Shown here: in pieces, positions 21,461 through 33,378 of the stretch
How the letters are laid out: the number at the start of each line of letters is the position of its first letter
Numbering within the stretch: position 1 is the stretch's first letter
Assembly: GCF_000143415.4 (NCBI RefSeq)
Contig: NW_003314293.1
Coordinates: 372,001-436,000, forward strand
Source: Selaginella moellendorffii
Taxonomy: Eukaryota; Plantae; Lycopodiophyta
Direction of reading: 5' to 3'
Length of the DNA stretch: 64,000 bases
Made by a program: the position numbers and the translations under genes
The notes under the pieces: generated by a model
Databases searched by the model: none
Told to the model about the DNA's origin: nothing
What the model saw: the letters and a program-made list of their open reading frames with translations, nothing else

Positions 21461-24400
21461 ATGCTCGCAGCTGCTTGGAATCTCTGTCTGGCAGCTCCAA
21501 TCGTCCGGAAAGGTCATCTCTCGCAATAGCAACCTCGCGATATCGATTTCAATGCAGATTCAGGCCTTTCGCCTCCCCGGCTGAGCTGCTTCCATCGCGT
21601 CCGATCCGTGCACTTCCGCGCCTCGATCGCTTTGCGGCAGCGACAGGAGATCGCAATGGGTGAGCGCGATGTCTGGAAATTTCTCCTCTGACGCGAAATT
21701 TGGCAGTGTCGGGGCATCCATTCGAGAGTATTCTCACTTCCTTGTCCAAGGACGACGGTGGGGAGTATGGGAAATATTACAGCCTTCCAGACTTGCATGA
21801 TCCACGAATTGGTATGCTGGTGTTCTCTCTTGATTTGATCTCAAATTTTCTCTCTTTTTCGTTCGATTGCACAGAGAAGCTGCCTTACTCGATCAAGATT
21901 TTGCTGGAATCGGCCATTCGAAACTGTGACAACTTCCAGGTTACAAAGGACGATGTAGAGAAAATTGCCGACTGGGTTAACACTGCTCCAAAGCTAGTGG
22001 AAATTCCTTTCAAGCCTGCTCGAGTTATCCTCCAGGTTTGGAAGCTACGAATCAAACAATTGTGATGTGACTTGTTCCAACTCTTGTGTTTTTTTTTTTT
22101 TTCTTTTTCCTTCAGGATTTCACTGGTGTACCAGCTCTGGTGGATCTAGCTGCAATGCGGGATGCTATGAAGAGGCTCGGTGGCGATCCCACAAAAATCA
22201 ATCCTTTGGTAAAACCTTTGTTCTTTTTTCTCATGAGGAAAGTTGGTTCTTGCTTTTAGATACCTGTCGACCTCGTGATTGATCACTCCGTACAAGTCGA
22301 TGTCGCTCGCTCGGCTAATGCCGTCGCGAGCAACATGCAGTTTGAGTTTAATCGCAACAAGGAAAGGTTTGCGTTTCTGAAGTGGGGATCGGTTGCCTTC
22401 AAAAACATGCTGGTGGTTCCTCCTGGTTCTGGTATTGTCCATCAGGTATGAGCCCAGTTTTTAAATCTGGAAGTTTACATTTGTCATTATTGTCAGGTGA
22501 ATCTGGAGTATCTCGCTCGAGTAGTGTTCAACAGAGATGGCTTTCTTTATCCGGATAGCTTGGTTGGTACTGATTCGCACACCACCATGATAGACGGACT
22601 TGGAGTTGCCGGATGGGGAGTTGGAGGAATCGAAGCGGAGGCAACAATGCTTGGACAGGTATTTTGATTCAGGATTTTGCAACATCTATCCGGATTTTTC
22701 AAATTCATCCATTTTTGTTACAGCCAATGAGCATGGTTCTTCCGGAAGTCGTGGGGTTTAAGCTAGTAGGCAAACTTCAGGCTGGAGTCACTGCAACAGA
22801 TCTGGTCCTTACTGTAACGCAAATGTTGAGGAAACATGGTGTGGTTGGGAAGTTTGTTGAGTTTTACGGTCTGTATCTACTTGAGTTTTATACTCCTAAC
22901 GTTTTCCTTTTATTTCAGGCGAGGGTGTCAGCTGCCTTTCACTAGCTGACCGAGCAACTATTGCTAACATGTCGCCGGAATATGGTGCTACTATGGGATT
23001 TTTCCCTGTCGATCAGATGACCTTAAATTATTTAAGCTTGACAGGCCGTGATGCAGAGAAGGTAACTTTATACATTTCTAAAATAAAACCTTATGATTTA
23101 GTATAATAATACAGGTGAAAATGGTCGAAGCTTATTTGCGTGCAAATGATATGTTTGTGGACTATTCTCAGGTAACAAGATACTATAGAAATTTGCCTAA
23201 CAGTTTTTTATTATTCGCGTAGAAACAACCTGAGACGGTCTATTCAGCATATCTAGAGCTCGATTTGGGAAGCGTTGAACCCTGCATTTCTGGACCTAAA
23301 CGGTTAGCTTTTGTCGATTTTTGATGGCTCGCTCCTTCTCTAACATCCAACTTTTTCTGTTAGTCCGCATGATCGGGTTTCTCTTAAGGACATGAAGGCT
23401 GATTGGCAGGCCTGCCTAGACAATAAAGTTGGCTTCAAAGGCTTTAACATTCCGAAGGATCTTCAGCACAAGACCGCTCAATTTACATACGAAGGAAAGC
23501 CGGCAGAGCTAAGACATGGGGATGTCGTCATTGCCGCGATTACAAGCTGCACGAATACATCCAATCCCTACGTGATGCTTGGAGCTGGACTAGTTGCCAA
23601 GAAGGCAACGGAACTGGGACTCGAGGTATGCCATCAATATGTTCTCTAGATGGTTAACTTAGTTTTGTAAGCAGGTTCGTCCCTGGATAAAAACAAGTCT
23701 TGCTCCTGGTTCAGGCGTTGTTACGAAGTACCTTATAAAAAGGTAATTGTTTGATTGCCGCATGCCTGTATTCTGAACCACATGTAAGTACTGCAGTGGT
23801 CTTTTGAAGTACCTTGATATGCAAGGATTTAGTGTTGTGGGATATGGGTGCACTACCTGCATTGGAAACTCTGGCGAGCTACATGAGGCTGTGGCTACAG
23901 CGATAGCGGATAATGGTACGTAGCTCTCTGCATTTTCTCTTGTTACTTACTGTCTTCTGTCAACAGATATTGTTGCTGCAGCGGTCTTATCGGGAAATAG
24001 GAATTTCGAAGGACGGGTGCATCCCTTAACGCGGGCCAACTATTTGGCTTCTCCTCCTCTGGTTGTAGCTTATGCATTAGCAGGAACGGTAAGCCTTTGT
24101 TTTCAGCACAACCGTGTTTTTATGATTTTCTTTGCAGGTAAACATCGACTTTGAGAAGGAACCCATCGGTGTTGGCCACTCTGGGAAACAAGTTTTCTTG
24201 AGAGACATTTGGCCAACGTCGGAAGAAGTCGCAAAAGTATGTATTGTGAATCACTTTCATCTTTTTTCTTAAAACTCGTTCACTTCCAGGTTGCAGAAGC
24301 TTCTGTGTTGCCCGAAATGTTCAAGTCTACATACGAATCCATCACGAAGGGCAATACTATGTGGAATGACTTGCCTGCTCCTACTGGAGATCTCTACTCA

Positions 24401-25360
24401 TGGGATCCTAAATCAACGTACATTCACGAGCCGCCATTTTTCAAGACCATGACTCGAGATCCACCCGGTGTTCATGGCGTTCACGACGCAGCCGTTTTGC
24501 TAAATCTCGGGGACAGTATCACTACCGATCATATTTCACCAGCCGGGAGCATCCACAAAGACAGTCCGGCTGCCAGATATTTGACGGAAAGAGGCGTCGA
24601 GAGGAAAGACTTCAACTCTTACGGCAGCCGACGTGGAAATGACGAGGTTATGGTTCGTGGGACGTTCGCAAACATCAGAATTGTGAATAAGCTGCTCAAA
24701 GGTGAAGTGGGACCAAAAACCGTCCATCTTCCTTCTGGGGAATGTCACTGGGTTTTCGATGTGGCGCAGGTATTTCTTCTATTTCATGTTTGGTCTTTAA
24801 GAGAACTGAGGTTTCCTTTGCAGAAATATAAAGACGAAGGAAAGGAGATGGTGGTTCTTGCCGGAGCAGAATATGGCAGTGGCAGTTCACGAGATTGGGC
24901 AGCCAAAGGGCCCTTCCTTCAGGTTAGACCAATTAAGTTTTCAAGCTAAAGTCATGGATCGCTTTGTTGGCAGGGAGTGAAAGCTGTCATCTCTAAGAGT
25001 TTCGAGAGAATTCACCGGAGCAACCTTGTTGGAATGAGCATCATCCCTCTGTGCTACAAGAATGGCGAAGACGCAGAATCGCTTGGTCTTACTGGACATG
25101 AAACCTTCACCATCGAGCTGCCATCCACGATCGAGGAGATCAAGCCCGGGCAGGACGTGCTTGTGAAGACCAACACGGGGAAGGAGTTTACTTGCACACT
25201 TCGCTTTGATACGGAGGTATGAAAACTTTTTTTTTTTCTTTTTGCTGGTGGAGTTTTGATCTTTGGCTTTACACTTGGCTATGCACAGGTTGAGAAGACT
25301 TACTTTAATCACGGTGGAATCTTGCACTATGTGTTGAGGCAGCTACTTGGCAGTGCTTAG
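21461..25360 (+). CDS. ACO: Aconitate hydratase (aconitase), about 20 exons
   Basis: [82 protein letters not shown] and [10 protein letters not shown]; ends [11 protein letters not shown]. The start is 21461 (with presequence) or 21656. Confidence 0.97.
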
Positions 25361-25439
25361 ACTAAAGGACTCTTTTGTGAATTTGGAATAACGTGCTTTT
25401 ATTTCTCAAACAAATCTAAGTGTAGTAACATCCTTGCTT

Positions 25440-28400
25440 TCATGCTTGCAGCTCCTTGGCCAGCTCCTTTTTTAGTCTCAGCCTCTTCTTCTTGGAAGGC
25501 TTTGTGGACAACGCTGCCACAATGCTCTTCAAGGCTGACGCGACGCTGATGCTTGCCGGTGGTGGCGAGCTCTCTTGTTTAGTTTCTGCTGCTGGAGGGG
25601 TCGTAAGATCATCGATGTCTATGGCCTTCGCGGCTACTCCAGGTTCTTCTCCTTCGCTGATTACTGCTGGTTCTTCGGTTTTGCTAGCGGCTTTTGGATC
25701 CTCTTGTAGCAGCGGACTCTCTTCCTCGCTGGTGGGAGTCGTTTCCTCGACTTGCTCTTTGTCTTCCTCCTGAGCGTCTGCTGGCTCGTCTTTGACAGTG
25801 ATGAGAGCTGCGTCGTCTGGAGCAGTGATGCCTTTGTCTTCGGCTGGTGTGAAATCTTGTGGTACTCTTTCAGCTTCTTTCTCTTTCTTTTGAGTTCCTT
25901 CGTCTGGAACAATGAGACCTTTGTCTTCGCCTGGTGTGGAAACTTCTGGTACTGCTTTGTCTTTGTCTTCCTCCTGACTTTCTGCTAGCTGAGTTCCATC
26001 GTCTTCGGCAGTGATGAAAACTGCTTCGTCTAGAGGAATGTCGCCTTTGTCGTCGGCTGGTGTTGTTGCTTCTTCCTTGTCGTTTTCGTGGACGATGCTT
26101 GTTGTTTCGATCTCCTTAGCCTCCCGATCCTCGCGATTCTCTGCTGGATGAGTTCCTTCACCAGCAGCTACTGCCGCTTCTTTCTCTTCGTCCGCAGATA
26201 CCAATGTTTCTTCAACTGTTGCTTCTTCAGCTTCTTGGTCCGGAAAGGCGACATCTGCGTCGTGAAATTCTTCCTTGTCCGGACTTATACCTTCTGCTAC
26301 TTGAGTTTCGTCGTGCACCTCTTCCTTGTCCGGAAGTGTATCTCTTGCTACTTGAGTTTCGCTGTGCACCTCTTCCATGTCCGGAATAATATCTTCGTCT
26401 ACTCGAGTTTCCTCGTGCACCTCTTCCTTGTCCAGAATTATATCATCGGCTACTTGGGTTTCGTCGTGCACCTCTTCCTTGTCAGGAATTATATCTTCGG
26501 CTACTTGAGCTTCATCGTGGATCTCTTCCTTGTCTGGGATTATGTCTTCTGCTGCCTGAGTGCTCGTGGAAAGATCATCCGTTCGGAGAACTGTTGTTTC
26601 TTTCTCTTTCTCTCCGCTTGGATCTTGATCTTCTGCTACTTGAAGTCTTTCCTCGCGTTTGTCCGCTGCTTCCATCTCCAAGTTCTCTGCGATCTTAGCC
26701 CGAGTTTCTTCACTGCTCACTGTTTCTTGCACCTTTTCTTCGTCGTCGCCAGCAGCTGGAACAGTCCTGTCCACGGCTTCGTCTTTCAAAGGTTCGTATT
26801 CAATCAGATTTGTTGACTCCTCGGTATCTCTAATATCTTGCTCGCCTTCTTCATGCCGACCTTCCACTGGATTCTGGATTGCTTCGTCACCACCTTCGAC
26901 TGCCTTGTTCTCCGCTTCCTCCCTGGCTTCGATAGCTCCCTCGACATCTTGGAATGTCGACGGCAAGTCTTCTCCCCCTTTATCATCAGCTTCACTTTGC
27001 AGCGTAATCTCCTCGTGTGGTTTCTCTCCGACTTCTTCAGCAGCTGTGTTCTCAATTCCATCTTGAAGCTCAAGTCCTCTGTCAGCCTCATCTGTCTTCA
27101 ATGGCCCTTGACTTTCCAAAACCAGTTCGCCAGCAGACGCTTGATCGTTTCTAGTCCTCTCTTTGCCATCTGCGTCTATTGCTGCTTGATCCTCAGCTCC
27201 ATCCAACTGTTCTCCTGCTTGCTTAGTGACCACACTTTCATCTGTTGCTGGTTCAACTTCCACGGCACTGCCTTCGTCTGTATCCTTACTTTTCTGGATG
27301 CTATGATCTTCGGTAACTCCAGAGTCCTCCAGCTTCTCAATTTGTGCATCTCTGCCGTCGTCAGCCTCAACTTTGGATTTGGCGTCATCGTCCAAAGTTG
27401 TCCCGCTTTCTTCTGTTGTCATCGTTGGTAGTTCGTCTTCGGTTCTCTTGTCAACAGCAACGGTATCTTTTGTTTCTTCTGATGATCCGGCAGCTAGTTC
27501 GTCGCCCTCGATTTTGTCTAGAGGTACTGCATCTTCAACGTTGGAACTTTCGCCTTCCTGATCAGCCTTGTCTTTGGTTGGTGTCCCGTCAACTTGGTCT
27601 TGTCCGTGCAATGTGGTCTCATTCTCTGCTTCGTGGACTTGCTCAGCCTCGCGTGGTGTTTCTTCAGCCGCTTCTTTCTTGTCTTGAGCATCAGACTCTG
27701 GCGCAGCAGATACTTGATCAGTTCTATGATCCTCGCCTGCGTCTACTTCGTGATCTCCACTGCTCGTCTTTTCTTCGACACTTTTGCTTCCAGATTCCTC
27801 TGCGGCGTCTATCTCCTCCATCGGTTCTGTTGCTAGTTGTTCCTCACTAACACTTGCGCTTCCGTCTGGAACAGCTTCCTCGAGTATCCCAGATTTGTCA
27901 GCCAGCTCTTCTTCGGCTTGCACTTTACTTTCTGGATCTTCTGCCACATCGACCAGCTCATCAGCTCGTTCTTCCGTCCCTGTTGTTGTATCCACTGCAG
28001 CTTCATCCTCTTTCTCCACTTCCCTGCTGTCAACAATTTGCGATGATGTTCTCTGCTCCTCACCAGGTTTTTCGTTTCCTAGCGACGCAGCATCTGCTTC
28101 GTCCGATGCTGCACTCAATGCTTGATCTGGGATCTCCTTAGTGACACTCTCTGGTGTTGTTGCAACGTCCTCATTTTGTCTACTGTCAACGGCTTCTGCT
28201 GTACCAGTAATCTCCGACTCAATTCTCGCGTTTTCATCGACCTTCTCTTTGCTTTCCCCAACTTTATCCTCGCTCCGCGCATCATCGATTTCCTGAGCCT
28301 CTGCTGGCTTTTCGGGTTCATTGAGATCTCCAGCCTTCTCATCTTTGTCTTCGATTGTGGTGTTCTTCAAGGGCCTGCTTTCCAGTTGTTCAGAGTCTGC

Positions 28401-31400
28401 TACTGGTGCTTCGTTGTCTGCGTTTCCTGCTGCTTCGACCCTGTCTTCCAGCTGAAGCTCCTCCACTTGTGATTCTTCGTTGCTATTCAGCTCACTGTTT
28501 ATTACGAGGTCCCGTGACTCCGCCTCAAGTTGCTCTGCTGCTGGCTCTTCACGGTCCTGCGTTTCCTGCTTCTCTAATATCATTTTCGACGTAGATTCAT
28601 CCGTGTCTGCTTCATTTGTTGCCGTCGCAGGGACCAATTCAATCTCCCTTGCTACTTCTGGTGTTTCTGCAGTAGTTTCCACCTGGTCAGGCACTGTGTT
28701 TCCAGTCACGTCTTCATCATTCGCCGACTCGACGGCTTCAATCTGCTCCATCACCTTAGAAGCGTCCTCGCTCGATACCGTTTCCTCGATTTTCGCTTCA
28801 TCGGCTGCTACTTCCTTTTCCTCGGGAACGACTCCAATCACCTTAGTCGTCTCGGCCTCCATTTTCACTTCATCGTCCACTGCTTCCTTTTCCTCAGTGC
28901 TGGCGAAGTCCTCCTCGATTTGATTACTCGTCTCTAAAGCAGCTGCTGTCTCCTTGATCTTCACGTCATTGTCTGCTGTTCCCTGAATCTCCTCCATCGG
29001 TGCTTCTAGAGAAGTTTCCACCTGGCCTGTTGCTTCAATTTTTACTTCATCACCGGCTGTGTCGTCCTCGTTTGTGGCAGCTGCTATTTCTGAGAGATCT
29101 TCTACCTGGCTAGGCACTGTTTCCTCGAACTTCTCTTCATCTGCCGTCTCAGAAGTTGATATACTCTCTGTGGCCGCTTCCACAGGATCGAGTGGTTTCT
29201 CCTCGTTTGGGATCGTTTTCTCAACTGGACTCGCATCAGTTTGTTCCTGCTGGACGGTCATTGATTCCTCCTCTGATTGTTGTTCCTCAGCATTCAATGA
29301 TGTCTCTTCGAGGCTTGGTGATGGCTCGACTTCAACAGGGCTTCGTTCCGTAGTCTCTACTTCAGCGGGTTCTTCTGTAGTAAGTGGCTCGCTTGCTGCT
29401 TCTCCGGTTCCAGCTTCTTCCGATCCAGCTTCCACTTTTGTAGCCTGCTCCAACGGGTTGATATCAGCTTCGGGAGTTTGAACTGGCGCTCCGATTGTTG
29501 GGGCTATAGGTTGTTCGTCAACTTTTGCCTCCTCAGGGTCAGCGGGCGTTGCTTCTTTTTCCTTCGCTGGAACATCTTCTTCTGCTGTTGGATTCTCCAC
29601 CTCGGTCGGTTTTGGTTCTTCCTCCACAGGTGCGTTTACTTCCTCCGTTGACTTGTCAACTGGCGTTGTTTGATCCACACTTTGTTCTAGTGTACTCGCT
29701 GCTGGTGCTTGCATAAGATCGGCTGCTTTCTCGGCCTCGTCTGGCGTTGCTTCCTCGACTGGATTCTCATCAGCTTGTCTTGGCCCTACGGCCGGCGATA
29801 TTTCACTGTCTTCCAGCGTGGTTTCAATCCTCACTGCCTCAGCATTCAGTGAAGTCTCTTCGAGGCTTGGTTGTGGCTCGGTTTCGACAGGAATTGGTTC
29901 GAGTTCCACGGTTTCAACCTTGGTAGTATCACCTGTGACGACTGGCTCGGTTTCGGCAGGAATTGGTTCGGGTTCTACGGTTTCAGCCTTGGCGGGATTA
30001 CCTGAGATGAGTGGCTCGGTTTCAGCAGGGATTGGTTCGGGTTCCACGGTTTCAACCTTGGCGGGATCACCTGTGATGAGTGGCTCGCTTTCAGGGATTG
30101 CGCTGTCTCCGTTTCCACCTTCTTCCGATCTGGCTACTTCCAGTGTTGGTGCTTCAACAAGTTCCTCCAGCGGCTTGATGTCAGCTTCGGGAGTTTCCAC
30201 TGGCGCTCCGATGCTTGTAATAGAATTTAACTCGTCTATCAACGCAGCGTCTGTGCTGTCGCCAGCCTCTGGAAATATAACTTGTTCGTCGACTTTTTCC
30301 TCCTCTGTAGAAGCTGGTTGTTCTTCGGTGCTTGGTGTTTCGGTCAACTCTTCCATGGGAGGTTTGGAAGTCTCGGCTGTTGTCTCATCCACATTTTGAT
30401 GAGTGGCTTCTGCAGATGTCTCCACAGGTTCAACAACTTCCTCTTCCGGAGCTTCAACAAGCTCCTCCTCAGCTCGTTCTTCTGGAAAAGTTGTAGCAGC
30501 TTCTTCATCCCCGCCCGTTGCTACAGCTGGTTTGTGTGTTTCAAGAGCTATTTCCTGCTCCATCACTTCAACTGGCTCGTCCATAGCTGTTTCGTTCGGT
30601 TGAGCCGGTTCTTGTGTCTCTACAGAAGTATCCAGCTCGTCAGCCACTGTCTCTTCAACTTTTACATCGTTTGTTGTTTCCGGAATCTCCTCCACCACCT
30701 TTGGTGCCTTTACTGTTTCTGAGAAAGTGTTTTCCTGGCTAGCCACTGTTTCCTCTTCATCAACCAGCTCCTTATTTTCTGTCACTGTTCCGCCAAGCAC
30801 AGTATTTCCTTCGTGATCGGCTGCAACTTCATCCACCACCAGTGTTTCTATAGAAGTCTCCAAGTCATTAGGCATTGTTTCCTTAGTACTAGTTTCATGA
30901 TCGGCTGCTTCCATCTCCTTTGGTGTTTCTAAAGATGCTTGCACGTCAGTTTCCTCGACCTGTTCTTTACTATCGGATGTTGTTTCCTTCTCGTCAGCGA
31001 TGGCGGTCTGATCAGACACTGTTTCCTTAACTCCATCGTCCACTGGTTCCGTTTCCTCCGTGCCTGCAACGACTGCTGGTGTCTCAACACTCGCTCCTGT
31101 ATCATCCTCTGTTTTCTTTTCCTCGTTGCTAGCGTCGTTTTCATGCGGAGTAACTTCTTCAGAAACTGTTTCTAAAGATGTTTCTACCGCGTCCGAGAGT
31201 GTTTTGTCATTCGTTTCGTCATTATTCCCTTGTTCCTTCTCAGTGTTCCTGGCTCCACTTTCCTCCATCGCTTCCACCTTAACATCTTCATCAGGAACAG
31301 TAAGGTCGCGTTCCCCATCAGGCAAGCTTTGACGCTCAATATCCTCTGTTATTTCAGCTACCGTATCCACGATGTCATCTCCTGGTGTGCCTTCAGTCGC

Positions 31401-32622
31401 TGAATCTTCTTGGCCATGATCTCCAGAGTTTCTTGCTGCATCAACAGTTACTGCTTCTTCAACCATGTCCGACTTTTCTTGCAAATCACTTCCGTCGCTT
31501 GTCGCTGGAATCGAGGCCAAAGTATCAACATCAGCTGCTGCTCCAACTTCTTCTTTCGGACTCGAGTTCTCCGGATTACCTCCCACTTCCAATGACGATG
31601 TCCCTTCGGCTACTGTTTCATTCTCATGTTGACTACTCTGTTCCTCGATCTGATGTTCCAAATGACTTTCAGGGGACTTCTCTTCGTCAGGGATCTGGGC
31701 ATCACTCTCTGCACGAGGTGCTGCTTGTTCGCTTGTTCCAACTTCGATGCCACCTTTTCCACTATCGTGAAAACTTTCATCAGAAGTGTTCCTGTTCTCA
31801 GATTCCCCGACGACTGATCCGCTTTCCTCTTCAGTGTTCGCTGGATTATCAACCTCGGCCAGACTTGGTTCGTCTAACTTGAGTTGATCATTGCTTTGCT
31901 GTGGATCTGTTTCTTCCAGTGACTCTTGTCCACTCCCATTTTTCGTTGCCTCTGCTACTCGATCCTCGGCTTCTAGCTTACTTCCAAGAGTCTGATCTTC
32001 GAGAAGAACCTTACCATCAAGATCTTCGCTTGATACGTCCGTTTGTGAACTTGCCTTGTCTTCGTCAACACCATCTTTCACAACCTCTTGTACCCCGTGC
32101 TCGACTGGAGCAGCATCACGATCACCTTCTACTGCTGGATCACCTTTCTCGCTTGCTTTAATCGTCACGGTTGCTGGTAAAGGTTCCTCCACTGCGTTCA
32201 TCTCAGCTCCTTCTCCGTCATCTTTACTTTCAAGTAACGCTTGACCACCATTTTCTTCGACTTTATCCACAAGTTTCTTCTCGTCCAGAGGCTCCACTAA
32301 AACAGCCGCCGGATTCTCTTCCTCAGACTTACCATCTTCGACAGGCTTTGATTCTTTTTCTCCAGATCTAACGCTTAAGTCCTTTTTACTCTGATCACTG
32401 TCTACTCCACTCTTCTCCTTATCCAAAAAACTAACGCCGCTCAAAGAACTATTCTCACTCTTGCTTTCTAAAGCTAAGCCTTCGATGGCGATGCTCTCTT
32501 CGGCAGCCTACGAGAAGAATGCGATAGAAAAATCAAAATCTTGCCACTAAAATCTTATGCTAAAGATCTCTAAGCCATACCTGGATCGCGTCGCTATTTA
32601 CTTCCGCATCATCTAGGCCCAT
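25440..32622 (-). CDS. Giant acidic (E/D/T/A-rich) repetitive disordered protein A, ~2,370 aa, with basic C-terminal tail
   Basis: A 7-kb open exon plus a small first exon (MGLDDAEVNSDAIQ, 32622-32581) joined by a GT-AG intron. It ends ALKSIVAALSTKPSKKKRLRLKKELAKELQA. No folded domain was recognised. Confidence 0.85.
26265..26560 (-). repeat. 51-bp (17-aa) coding tandem repeat, about 6 units (DKEEVHDETQVAEDIIP)
   Basis: Directly visible in both the DNA and the translation. Confidence 0.9.
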
Positions 32623-33378
32623 GGCAGAGGTATTCGATCAAAAACAGCACCACGGATCGATCGATCCTCCAATGAAAGAACAGATTCCGCCTCTGCTCCA
32701 AGAATCAAGCCCGGGATCGCAAAGATCGATCGAAACCCGATGGATCGCTCGCCAGGCGCCAAGGACAACCTATCTTAATCCACTGAGAAGAAATAATCAC
32801 CCTAAAATCTCATCATATATCCACATACACCGCCAACGTCTTGTCTCCTACAATATTCCTTCCAGAAAGGAATCGGATCAAAAACTTTGGGCGGGAAAAT
32901 GCTTGCGTGTCAGGTCCACATGGCCCAGCATCTATCCACATCACCTTTCTTTTTGGTCGGCACCGTCCAAACTGTCCTCCAGCCTGGCATGGGCCACACA
33001 GGGCTAGCTGTCCAGTCATTCTTTTCTCTTTTTTCCTGGCCACTAGGTGGAGAAGTTTAAATGGAGGATGATGTGGGCAATCCAAAAGGTGGCAAAGATT
33101 GGAATCCAAATTCTAAAAGATATTCACACCGACATAAAGCTGTCCAAGCTGACGATGATTTTTAGAATAGTTCTTTGGTTGCATGCAAGCTAGCATTTAT
33201 ATTCCTTCCCACCACATCGACGAGAATAATATACAGAGCTTATCAACCAAACACAATTTTCTTTATACTATATAACTGTATGTACAGAGCTTCTTATCCA
33301 AACCATGGAAGCTCTCCGTAGAGAGAGCTGTTTCGCGTTTTCAGTTATTTCATATTGGCTCTGTGTTTTGTCATGCGA

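Noticed and set aside
20859-21584. 241-aa plus-strand ORF
   Set aside because: It is antisense to the GC-rich PPR 5' end and promoter, with no recognisable motif.
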